A stretch of 33,047 nucleotides of DNA from the NCBI GenBank assembly GCA_002104905.1, contig MCFE01000824.1, positions 1-33,047 on the forward strand. The letters run 5' to 3'. Both the position numbers and the translations under genes were made by a program. Below the pieces are notes generated by a model that was given only the letters and a program-made list of their open reading frames with translations, was not told the origin of the DNA and made no database searches. Source of the DNA: Basidiobolus meristosporus CBS 931.73. Taxonomy: Eukaryota > Fungi > Basidiobolomycota. Every line of letters starts with the position of its first letter. Position 1 is the first letter of the stretch. Below, piece after piece: positions 1 through 10,139 of this stretch.

Positions 1-59
1 TACTAAGAGTATTTTCACCAAAATATTGGGTATCAAGAACATACAAATTCTCAAAATTG

Positions 60-2060
60 TCCAAGCAGCCCCAAACTTTGTGAACATGTTCTTAGGACCA
101 TCCTAAACCTACTCTATGTTTTTGTTATGCCAAGACCATGTAAATGTATAAGTACTACTTTTACATTCAATAAATTATCAAGTGAAAACCGCATAATATA
201 CCTGTCTTCTCAATCACTTTCAATATTTCCAAGACACTTATAACAATCCAAAGAAGCTCATGCACTCCAACAAACATTTTGAAGCTTTTACACTTGTTGT
301 GTTCATAGTACTACATTGAGCCATGGGTGCCAAATAATACCATAGTGCCAGAGAGGCCTAGTAGACCTATACTTGGCCATAGGGTGTGAAACATAGTTTT
401 ACATATTCATGCCAAGCAGCCCTCTTGTTTCACCCACTGCGCTGGAGCAAATTCATTTTTTGACCTTATTTTCTTGATCAATGCTGTGCATGATATGTTA
501 GAGCACTAATGTACTGAAGAGATACACCTGGTACTGAATACTCATGGCACTTGGAGACTGACTCCAGAGGTTTTTAACTTTTCACAATCAAACATGGCAC
601 TATCTGAGTTGAATAGTACTATCTGGCAATTTATTTAAATACTTTTTAAAGAAGAACCTATATAAAGCACTTAGAGTGACAGATAGTACCATGAATTTTT
701 GCATCAAGTTGCAAATCTCTTGAGCTAAACTCAGAGTGCCATGGGTATTCAGTATCAAATACATGCCTTTAGTCATTCTCTGCTCTTACACAAATTGTAC
801 AACGTTGACCTTAAAAAAAGCTGAAAAATGGATTCTATCCAACACAGTGGTCAAGCAAAGGAGCTGACTTACATGATGATATAGTACTATGTTTCACACT
901 CTATGGTTGAGTAAAGGCTTACCTGGTCTCTATGGCACACTTTGGCACTATTTGGCACTCATTGCTCAATGTGGCACTATCCAATGGAGCAGGTCTATAA
1001 AGGACTGCACTAAATATTGATCAAGTGCAAATCCCTATGAGAAATAATCTAAGAGTGCAATGCTGCAGCTTGGCTGTGCTTAATTGCTCTGAATGATGCC
1101 ACTGAACCAACCTGCAGTGCTATGTGCTGATGCGTTCTTTTACTTGCCAAAGGCTCTGATGGTGGAGGCACTTCATATGGGTCATCAGCAGTCAGTTCAC
1201 CAGAACTTGCTGATGGTAAGGTGAAATGGAATGTGCAGGTGCAACTTGCTTTGCCAGCATGGCCCTTGGCTGAATTCAATATGATGCCGTTTGTTGACGC
1301 AACTTGGCCTGCTCCAAAGAACTTGTGTCTAAATGAGCAGTTTGACAAGTTCTGGTGGTTTTGCTCTGAAGTGCGTGTATTGACACAACAAGCGTTGACT
1401 CAATGGGGGGGGGGTGCTCTTGTGAAGGGTGTGCTTTGGAAGCCACCTAGCTCTACTAATATATCACATACTACATTAGTCATTTGAGGCTAACTTGCAT
1501 TAAAAATCTCTTTGGTTCTCAAAGGTGAGGCACAAACAGATGCTTCTGGCCTGTACTGAGCAAGTTGCATGCAAAATTGTTCCTGCGCAGCTTCCTCATC
1601 AAATCCCTTCACTCTCAGCTCATTCTGGATTTCAATACATGTCTTGTTATATATCTTCTTATATACACCCCCTGGTATCATGATGTAGAACTCATGCCAC
1701 AGCTTTCTACTCAGGTTCTTCCATCTCTGTCAACTCCCTGAGGTATCTAGTTCTGCTAGATTAATGAGTAGTGCCTAAATATCTGTATGAAGGCTCATCA
1801 CAGACACTTGTGCCATACTAAAATCATTTGGCAAAAACTCAAACAAATCCAACATCAACTTCTCAGGTGTGGACCATGCTTGTGAGCTGGGGGATGGGTT
1901 TTGTCTGGGTTGTACTAAAGATGGGTTGAGACTTGGTATAGGGACCATAGTGACAGATTTGGATACTTATACAGTAGTGTATTAGCATCAACCTGGTCTT
2001 ATATGAAATATATATGAAAACTAATGTGATTTTTGAATTTTCCAAATATTATGCATGATG
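60..2060 (-). repeat. Unidentified degenerate repeat (family X, copy 1), interrupted by the foldback element at 291-995
   Basis: Reverse complement aligns with 16518-17200. Example: the STTQTKPIP ORF tail at 1863-2045 versus STTQTKLIP at 16457-16687. Homology continues across the foldback insertion site. Left boundary approximate. Confidence 0.65.
291..995. mobile_element. Foldback/MITE-like non-autonomous DNA transposon with ~320-bp inverted arms and TA target duplication
   Basis: 291-~615 is the reverse complement of ~670-995 at roughly 70-75% identity. Example: tactgaatactcatggcact versus the reverse complement of agtgccatgggtattcagta. TA flanks at 289-290 and 996-997. An empty site is seen in the family X copy near 16960. 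Confidence 0.75.
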
Positions 2061-2299
2061 CATCTTGGATTGCATTGACATGGATCAAATTGCATCAACT
2101 GCAGACTACCTATTTGATTATAGACCTGAGTAAGGCATTGATAAAAATATCAAGTCCTTGTTTGAGCATGATATCTGTAACATAATTATGGGATACATGG
2201 CAATTGATGGAGAATTAATCCTAATGCATGAGAAATCAGTTAAGTAAAGTTAATTGCACCAATTCAATTCAAATTGCCTCAGCCCAATCACCTACCAAT

Positions 2300-2822
2300 C
2301 TTAATATGACTTACTCATCTGAACGGTCTTTTCTCATCCATCCCATCACACCTCTGGATCTCCTCTTAACACACTATAGGAGATCTATACCAAGCACTGT
2401 GAATCATCTACCCCAATCTACTCAAGGAAATCCTATGTTATGCTTCTTTGCTATCACAAGAACTATTGCCCTACAAGGTTTCATCCCACCATCCATGGTA
2501 ACAAAGGTCCTAGAGGCTTTCATTCCCAGCTGACAGCAATAGAGAACCACCTTGCAGAGGTTATGAATGACTTAGAGCAAGCTTGGAATACCAGGTTCAG
2601 AAGCTCCAATAGACTTCCATATCCTAGAGTATTCAGCAATAGGTTCTATATAAGGAGTATCTTTAATACCTTTCCAGTCAGGATCAACAGACCTTCTACA
2701 GGGCAGAGGCACTTTTATTCTGGCAAGTACCTGGCACACTGTGGTGAGTTTCAAGCACTGTCTGACATTAGTGGTAACAACAACTGGTTAAGTGGGCCAT
2801 TTGCTGGAAGTAGGCATGACAG
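2300..2822 (+). pseudogene. PIF/Harbinger-superfamily (DDE_Tnp_4-like) transposase, 5' part
   Basis: ORF 2440-2838 reads INRPSTGQRHFYSGKYLAHCGEFQALSDISGNNNWLSGPFAGSRHD. This matches the RP..Q..YSGK..H..K.Q......G....SGP..GS.HD pattern of Harbinger/IS5-like transposases. Cut by the Gypsy insertion at 2823. Start approximate. Confidence 0.75.
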
Positions 2823-3199
2823 TGTGGGTTATTACTGACTGTACTTGGTGAGTGGGAGAGCTTGTAGGTCAAGTCAGTACCACTTGGTTCAGAGTAGCTT
2901 CCAATAGAAGGTAGCAAGGTAATAAAGACTTGTGCCTATTTTGTCCAAATCCTCTTGTCCTCTCACTTGGTTCAATTGGGTAGATATATATATATCACTT
3001 GGGGGCTTAGATAATAGACAATGTGTTATAAAATAGGGGTGTGAACACCTTCCTGTTATGGTAAGTGTTCTAACTAGATAAGGGCAGGGATAGGAGGGAG
3101 GGTGTGTGGGGGAATCATAGGGAGGATACTGGCGGACTTTGGGTAGGACTCTGAGGAGAACTCTTGGGCAAAGAGTGGGTACTGTATTTAGTACTCACA
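2823..3199 (-). repeat. 3' LTR of Gypsy family 1 copy 1
   Basis: Direct repeat of 9202-9578 with about 13 substitutions in 377 bp by manual count, mostly transitions. TG/CA termini. Confidence 0.95.
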
Positions 3200-3385
3200 T
3201 ATCCCAGGGGTTAAGAGGGAGCTTTGTCCTCAAAGTTCTTTTGACTAACTTGCTTCTTGAGGGTCAATTTTGTTCACAGAGCATGGGGAGTCACCACAGT
3301 ACCATTGCTGGTTGACACTTGCATGGGGGTTGTGGGTGAATACCTGATACCATTTGGCGGCAGAGTGGGGTGTGGCTTGTGTTGC

Positions 3386-4438
3386 TCAAGGGATGTTTTC
3401 CACAGAGCCAAATAGTTGGCAAACCATAGGGTTCTGGGTAAGTTCCTTGGGAGGGTCAGAGAACAAGAAAAGGTGCAATAGTGCAATAAAGTCTTGCTTC
3501 TTTATCTTGCAAACATTGTTGGGGCCTGTTCTTTTTGTGTTTGATATGATGGAGGGGGACCTTTTGAAGAGGGCATACACTTGGTTGGCAGTCACCAATT
3601 GTTGGTAACAGGTTTTTGCTTCTTCCAAGACGTATTGTAGCTCTTCTGTAGAAACTGTGGTGTGATTGAGGCGCTTTTGTACTTGCCTCATGGCTTCTAC
3701 AGAGTTTGCGGCGGTTTCTTTGGCTTCTTGGAGTTGGACTTTGTACTGGTTCCTGAGCTGTCCTATGGTAAACCACTGTAATAGTTGTAACACAGCAACT
3801 TGGTGGATTGCATGGGTTAACTGGCCGGTGTATTTAATCCGTTTTGGTATCTTCTCTAAGATGGTTCCTTCTTGGAAATGCGGTTTGAGATGTTCAAAAA
3901 TCTCTTGGAGGAGTCCTTTGATTGGGAGTTCTACTTCTGGTGCTCTTGCTGCTTGTACCAGGTCTGTGTATACCTCAACAACTGTGGTACCTATCAATGG
4001 CAAGTGTGCAACAAAACAGGGGGGTTCTTGAGGTCTTATGAGGGTGCAACAGTTGATTCCTTGTGTCTTCTGTCTGACTGTGTCCAGTATAGATACAGGA
4101 ATCAGTGCAGTGTCCTTCTCCTTAATGATTAAGGAACCTCCTCTTAGGTGGTACATGGTCTTCTTGGGTAGTATCTCCATGCTTTGTATTGGCATGGGTA
4201 ACTTGTCTTGTCCCTCTCTGATTGTGACTTGTATTAACGTGACTGCTCTGGCAAACAACTCTTCATAGGTGGCTCTTGTTGCACGTAATGCTTGTACCAT
4301 ATCTCTCAACACTTGCAGGTTGGTTTCATTTTTGATATCATCTTGGTTCTCAATGGTGGGAGGGGTATTGCCAGCTTTGGGTGAACTGTTTCTTTTGGTG
4401 CTTTCCATATGCATTCTTTTGTTCTCCCCTTTGGGCAA
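3386..4438 (-). CDS. Extra ORF (ORF3) of unknown function between integrase and the 3' LTR
   Basis: 350 uninterrupted codons in the pol orientation. The ORF track starts at a TTG; the first ATG is at about 4414. Coiled-coil-like segment QLRNQYKVQLQEAKETAANSVEAMRQVQKRL. No obvious signal peptide or transmembrane helix. May extend by frameshift into 3274-3486. Confidence 0.6.
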   Translation of the reverse strand: MPKGENKRMHMESTKRNSSPKAGNTPPTIENQDDIKNETNLQVLRDMVQALRATRATYEELFARAVTLIQVTIREGQDKLPMPIQSMEILPKKTMYHLRGGSLIIKEKDTALIPVSILDTVRQKTQGINCCTLIRPQEPPCFVAHLPLIGTTVVEVYTDLVQAARAPEVELPIKGLLQEIFEHLKPHFQEGTILEKIPKRIKYTGQLTHAIHQVAVLQLLQWFTIGQLRNQYKVQLQEAKETAANSVEAMRQVQKRLNHTTVSTEELQYVLEEAKTCYQQLVTANQVYALFKRSPSIISNTKRTGPNNVCKIKKQDFIALLHLFLFSDPPKELTQNPMVCQLFGSVENIP

Positions 4439-4543
4439 ACTTCCTTGCGCATATCATTTGTACCTATATTGACTAAAATCTCCTCTGATAAACTTTGTAT
4501 GTATCCTGTGTCTTCCTCTATCCTTGTCCTGATAATTGTTTAA

Positions 4544-5600
4544 TCACACTTTGATTTCAGTGATGATTGATGGATTATCATGAAACAGTTTCAGATGGGC
4601 TGGCGCTACATTGCTGATTGTCTTATTGTTCAGGGTGATGGTGTACTTTGGCCCATGGTCCAAACTAATGACAGTGCAAGGGCCAATCCACTGGGGTGTA
4701 AATTGTGGGCAAAACTTCAGGCCTGCAACGGTTTGATTGTACCACAATTTATTGCCTGGTTTCCACTTTTGTCCTGTTAGTTTCTGATTTTTGGGTGGAG
4801 GGGAAAGGTGCTTGTCAGCATTTTTGAATACTTTTATGTATAGGTGGGCAATACAGTGTATCAACCTTTCTACATAGTTGTTATGTGTTGTCAAGGGGAC
4901 ACCTTCCATTGTCAATCCAGCTTCTTCACGCCACTTGGGCCTTTGTCCATACAGAACTCTGTACAAGGAGAAACCTGTTGTATTATTTGGTATTGTACGC
5001 ATTGCTAGGAGTGTCAGTGGGAGTAGCTTGGCCCATGATTGGGGTAGTTCCCAGTGGAGCTTCTCTAATATGCAGCAACATGTTTGGTTCATCCTCTTGG
5101 TTAATCCGTTGGTCTGGGGGTGATACACAGCCATGAAGACCTGTTTCATTCCCATCATTTTGCACAAGTGGGCCATGGTGTTGTTCAGGAAGGAGCCACC
5201 ATTGTTGGACAGGAGTATCTGAGGATATCCATGCCAGCAGATGAGGTGTTCTAGAATGAATCAGGTAGTTGTCTTCTGGTCTTTATTTTGGACGGCTTGG
5301 GCTTCTACCCATTATGAGAAATAATTGGTAGCAATTATTATGTATTGTTCTCCTTTCTTTGTTTTCATAAAGGGCCCTACAAGGCTGATCCCTACCCAAT
5401 GGAAGGGTAGGTCAAGCAGTATTGGTGCAGTTGTCCCTATCTTTTGACTCTGGTTAAATCTTTTGCAGGTGGAGCATCTTTGCAGCGTATTCACAACATT
5501 GGACATCATTTTTTTCCAATAAAGCGTCTTTCTTAACATCTTGTATGTCATTAGAGGGTTTGCATGTCCTAATGACATATGTCTTTCTTGTATGATTTCT
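4544..5600 (-). pseudogene. Gypsy integrase (HHCC zinc finger + rve core + GP motif), inactivated
   Basis: H..P..TY..L....YWKKM......LQRCSTC zinc finger. Core motifs GISLVGPF, SNNG, HPQTNGLTKRMN and PQWIGPC. Catalytic D/D/E are substituted. Internal stops. Confidence 0.9.
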
Positions 5601-5779
5601 TTGCAGGCAGTTACCAGGGGTACCTTGACTCTGAACTGTCCTTGGAGGAACCATAATTGGTTTTCTTGTACTTCATACTGACACCATTTCTTTTGAAAGT
5701 CTCTCTTCTGCTTGTTTATAACAACATGTTTGGGATACTTCCCTCTTTTTTTAAAGCAGATTACGTATTTGTAGTCATT

Positions 5780-6466
5780 GCTGATGCGTACTTGGCAAAC
5801 AGGATAGCAACTGAGGAAGTCTGCGTTTTGGTGTTTCTTGCCAGCGCAATGAATTATTTTGAAGTTGTATTCTGGTAGTTGGAGGGCCCAATGTGCTAGT
5901 CAAATGGTAAAGCCTTTAGTTTTCATCAGCCAGACCAGTGCACTGTGGTCAGTTACTATTGTGAATTGGCAACCATGTATGTATGTATGGAATTGATTAA
6001 TTGAATAAACAACAGCCAGATATTCTATCTTGGTAAAGGGGTAGTGATGTTTGTGTTTGTTTAACAAACAGCTCACATAACCAATTGGTTGAAATTTGCC
6101 AGGTTGGAAGTATTGTCCCAGTATGGTGCCTATACCGGTGTGACTTCCATCACAGTTAATAAAAAATCTTGTATCCCAATTGGGAAAACATAACACTGGC
6201 GGTGATGTCAGAGCATGTTTCAGCTGATCAAATGCTCTCTTTTGAGGTCCCAACCATACAAAACACTGGCCTGTTAGCTTCAACTTGTATAGGGGGGCTG
6301 CTATTGTTGCAAAGTTTTTGACAAAGTGGCAATAGTAGATGGCTAATCTTAGGTATCCCAACACTGCATTAGTGTCCTTTGGTGTGGGTGTATCTTGAAT
6401 GGCTTTCAGGAGTGAAGTAGATGGGTATATTCCATCTGCCAAGATCTTGTGTCCCAGGAACAACAA
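5780..6466 (-). pseudogene. Gypsy RT connection and RNase H
   Basis: ORF 5900-6466: FLGHKI...YCHFVKNFATIAAPLY...FINCDGSHTGIGTIL...IEYLAVVYSI...FTIVTDHSALVWL. Followed by EYNFKIIHCAGKKHQNADFLS. Confidence 0.92.
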
Positions 6467-7130
6467 TTTTGTATACAGGAAATGGCACCTCTTAGGATAT
6501 AATTTGAGTTGGTTCTCAAGGAGGGCTGCCAGGATATGTTACATGTTGTGTATATGTTCTTCTACATTGGGGGAATATATTGTGATGTAGTCCAGATACA
6601 CAAGAGCGCATTCCCATTGTAGATTTCCTAACACCTTGTTGATCATCCTTTGGAATGTAGCGGGGGCATTGCACAAGCCAAAGGGTAGTTAATTCCATTT
6701 GTACAATCCAAACAATGTTATGAACATGGTTTTAGGTTGATCTTCCGGGGCTACTTCTACTTGCCAATACCCGGAGATTAAGTCAAGAGAGCTAAAATAT
6801 ATGGCTCCAATTAATCTGTCCAACAGGTTGTCTACTCACGGTAGTGGATAAACGTCCTTCCTGGTAACAGTGTTCAATTTTTGGTAGTCAATGCAAAAGC
6901 GTTGCTTTCCTTCTTTCTTTGGGACTATCACTACGGGGGAGGCCCATGGAGACTGGTTCTCTGTAATGATGTTGTCTTTCAATAAGGTTTCAATTTTCTC
7001 TTTGATATAGTCTGTGTCAGTTTTTGAGTTCCTATAGGCTTTTTGCTTGATGGGGGATTTGTCGGTAAGGTGGATTTGGGGATATACCCCAGGTGTATGA
7101 CCAATTACTTGGTTCTTAGAGAATACTTGG
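6467..7130 (-). pseudogene. Gypsy reverse transcriptase
   Basis: Manual translation: [27 protein letters not shown]...SLDLISGYWQV...LPFGLCNAPATFQR...VYLDY. YLDD is mutated at 6587-6598. Several stops. Confidence 0.92.
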
Positions 7131-7660
7131 GCAAGCAGGCATATTCCTTCTAGGAACTTGTCTCATAATGCTGGCAGTAGACTGGGGTCCACATCTAGTT
7201 TGGGGAGTTCTTCTTCTAGTTCCTTGTTTGTAGGTGGTCCTTGGTTGTTTCTGTTGACTTCCTCTAGGTTTAACAATGGCACTCCTCTAGGCAATGTCAC
7301 CATGTGTTGCCCGTTGTTAACCGCTAAGCACTTGAAACTTTGTGTTTCAGATTTTGGTGGTATCCATACTTTAGGGATCAAGATTCCATCCAGTTGCTTG
7401 GATGCCTTTGCTGCAGTTATCATTCTTCCTCTTGTCAACTAAGCTATTGGTGTTTCTAATGAGATCACCGTCTCACTGGCAGGTGGTATTTTTATCACCT
7501 TTTGTGTGATGATTGGAGACTGCAACGGTTTTACTTCTTCAATTGTCACACTGTTGCTACGTGCCTTGTTCTCATTGGTGATAGGAATCAGTGGGATACT
7601 CTTGGTATCCCACCTGAGTTCAGATGCACTGTAAAGTATATCCATCTTATGTTGGATAAA

Positions 7661-8137
7661 CTAACTCTCATCAATAAGTAAGTTGTTGGCTGCAATGGGT
7701 AAAACCACAACATCTTGGTGTATAATCAAGTTGCCTAGCCAGATGGGGCAATTAGGCACTACTCCTACTGTTGTGTCCAGTTGGTCATTTGCTAGCCATA
7801 CCCAAATGGTGTTGTTGGGGACTATATCTAACTTTAGACGTTTTGCTAATGATTCTGACATGATCAACGTAGAGGATCCTGTGTAAGTAAGGGCAAGAAT
7901 CTCCTTATTCTCTATACATACCTTTCTGTATGTACCTTTATTTGGTTTTTGCAGGACCATCTGGCTGACATGAAGGGTTGTTATCTCCTTCAATCTCTCT
8001 ATCAGTTCCTTGACTAGAGCCGGGGCCAGTCCCAGTAAATTGGTTATTGGGAGGGTTGCCTTGGTTTGCTCTAGTACCTTCATTATGGGGAATAGGTCGT
8101 GGGAAGACGTATTATCATTCTTTGTTTGCTTCAACAC
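7661..8137 (-). pseudogene. Retroviral-type aspartic protease region of pol
   Basis: ILALTYTGSSTLIMSESLAKRL is a degenerate D(T/S)G motif with D to Y. Followed by VWLANDQ...VG and LLI motifs. Confidence 0.8.
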
Positions 8138-8286
8138 TTCTTCCCAAGGCTCATTCTGTACCTCTTCACATAATTCTGTGTTCTTTCCTTTTGACAGAAC
8201 CTCTACTACAGGTTCCTTTGCCTCCTCTCTAGAAGCTTCATGTCAATGCTTCTTCTTCCGTACTTTGACTGTTCTGACCAGAGGGC

Positions 8287-9160
8287 TTAAATTGACTGAG
8301 TCCTGTTGACCTCTTGGCAAGGGACTCTGTCTTTTGATGCCTTATTCTCTTTTGTGCCTGGTACGGGTTCTTGTCCATACCATTTTTCACATTCATGGGC
8401 TCAATGGCCTATTTCTCCTCATACATAACATGGGTATTGTTGTTGTGGTTGTTCCATCTGTTTGGTCAGGGCTTGTACCCTGGGCCTTTAAATCTACAAC
8501 AGCTTCCCAGAGTTTATCACCTTCTTTGGGGACTTCTTGCACATTGTTGATCAAGAGTTCTTGGACCTTTTGCCCTAATTCCTCTAACTCACGGTCGTTT
8601 GGGGAGGCAATTTTTCCTTTCTTACGGGGGATCCCTGTCCTTTGATCAATCATATCACTATAGGGTAGCCCCCATAGCAAGATGACTCCTTGTACTTGTT
8701 TGACCAACTCTTGCAGCGTTTTACATCCCTGTTGTTCTTTGGATGCCCTACGTCTTATTTTGTTGTCTAAGCCCATGATGTAATACCTCATGAGCTGTTG
8801 TTTGGCAATTTTGTCCTTTGGGAGAAATTGAACTTGTTGGAGAAACAGTTCAGTGTAGGCTTCATAGCTCTCACTGCTTTTCTTCCGTGAGGAAAGTAGA
8901 AGGGCTTTGTAGTGGTGTTCTTTGGCATATAGAAAGCATGTCTTGTAGGCTTCTTCTAGTGCATCCCAGTCATCTTTAACTGCGTCTTCCAACCCATAAT
9001 GCCATTGCCATGTTGACCCTTCCATATGCTTTGTAAACTCCCTTACTTTCTTATTGTTGTCCCATCCTGCATCAACCGCAACTCTCTCAAACTTATTGAA
9101 CCACTCAAGGGCTTTCTCTCTCTTTCCCTTGTACATTTTTAGTTTGATTGTAGTAGTCAT
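8287..9160 (-). pseudogene. gag of Gypsy family 1 copy 1 (frameshifted, zinc knuckle destroyed)
   Basis: ORF 8393-9160 (MTTTIKLK..EWFNKFERVAVDAGWD..). Aligns with gag at 31967. A +1 insertion near 8478 shifts the frame; the knuckle reads CYV*GEIGH*AHEC. Confidence 0.88.
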
Positions 9161-9185
9161 TACCTCACTTATGCTTATTTCCGCA

Positions 9186-9197
9186 GAGACTGCACCA
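9186..9197 (-). promoter_or_regulatory. Primer-binding site of family 1 (tRNA-His-like)
   Basis: TGGTGCAGTCTC, 4 nt inside the 5' LTR. The second copy has TGGTGCCGTCTC at 31930-31941. tRNA identity is inferred from the TGGTGCC start. Confidence 0.65.
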
Positions 9198-9201
9198 AAT
9201 A

Positions 9202-9578
9202 TGTGGGTTATTACTGACTGTACTTGGTGAGTGGGAGAGCTTGTAGGTCAAGTCAGTACCACTTGGTTCAGAGTAGTTTCCAATAGAAGGTAGCAAGGTA
9301 ATAATGACTTGTGTTTATTTTGTCCAAATCCTCTTGTCCTCTCACTTGGTTCAATTGGGTAGATATATATATATCACTTGGGGGCTTAGATAATAGACAA
9401 TGTGTTATAAAATAGGGGTGTGAGCACCTTCCTGTCATGGTAAGTGTTCTAACTAGATTAGGGCAGGGATAGGAGGGAGGGCACGTGGGGGAATCATAGG
9501 GAGGATACTGGGGGACTTTGGGTAGGACTCTGGGGAGAACTCTTGGGCAAAGAGTGGGTACTGCATTTAGTACTCACA
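9202..9578 (-). repeat. 5' LTR of Gypsy family 1 copy 1
   Basis: Repeat of 2823-3199 and 31539-31925. Adjacent to the PBS and gag. Confidence 0.95.
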
Positions 9579-9583
9579 GACAT

Positions 9584-9850
9584 CACTCTGGGTAGAGAAC
9601 CATCCAGAACTCTGTAGAGGAGGGAAATGTATGACAGACTTAGCTTATACAGGGGAGGATTGTCAGAGATTAGTATGTATTACAGCTTATAGGAAGCCAA
9701 GGAATAGTATGCTTAGCAGGAAGCAGAAGCTCTACAATGACATACTCAATCACTTCAGAGTGAGGGTAGAGCATACATTTTAATATCTGAAGTGATTCAA
9801 CATTTTGGCAGGTAAATACCAAGGAAAGTCATATGTAGGAGAAAACAGCA
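9584..9850 (+). pseudogene. PIF/Harbinger-type transposase, 3' part
   Basis: After removing the Gypsy and one TSD the frame joins as SRHDITL. After a frameshift it reads DLAYTGE..YRKPRNSMLSRKQKLYNDILNHFRVRVEHTF*YLK*FNILAGKY. Second D at 9637, E of RVEH near 9769. Confidence 0.85.
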
Positions 9851-10039
9851 GAATAGGTAAATATTTATGATACTTATCAATGCACAGTATATTCATACAT
9901 GACAACTTTTACTGAGAGAAATGTGTCTGGAGCATTATGAAGAGTAAATAAAGCAATGAAAGCACTATTCTGAGCAACAAAAGTAAAATTGATTAAAATT
10001 ACCAATAACAATATCCTACCACTAGTATTATGGTAGAAA

Positions 10040-10129
10040 TTATAGTGCCAGATAGCACCATAGAGTGTCAGATTGATCTGGCACTATAAGCGGGATGGCA
10101 CTACATGGCACTATCCAACTGAACAAGTC
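10040..10129 (+). repeat. Probable right terminus of the Harbinger-like element, with GGCACTA motifs
   Basis: 10106-10129 matches 972-995 at 20 of 24 positions. Perfect 14-bp inverted repeat at 10040-10053 / 10076-10089. Confidence 0.6.
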
Positions 10130-10139
10130 AAACATCAGA

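Larger units (their letters stand above)
2823..9578 (-). mobile_element. Full-length, inactivated Ty3/Gypsy LTR retrotransposon (family 1, copy 1)
   Basis: Two 377-bp TG..CA LTRs (2823-3199, 9202-9578). TSD GACAG (2818-2822) / GACAT (9579-9583). PBS, then gag, PR, RT, RNaseH, IN in Gypsy order on the minus strand, with stops and frameshifts. Confidence 0.95.

Noticed and set aside
1490-1900. Myb/trihelix domain suggested by WST..RWKNL in family X
   Set aside because: The first Trp and the RWKNL motif are not conserved in the second copy, and the spacing is poor.
2121-2145. TAGACCTG as the left TIR of the Harbinger-like element
   Set aside because: Only 8 nt match the foldback terminus, and the opposite flank at 10130 is AA. 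Could be chance.
3386-4438. Calling the extra ORF env
   Set aside because: Position fits, but no signal peptide, furin-type cleavage site with fusion peptide, or TM anchor is evident.
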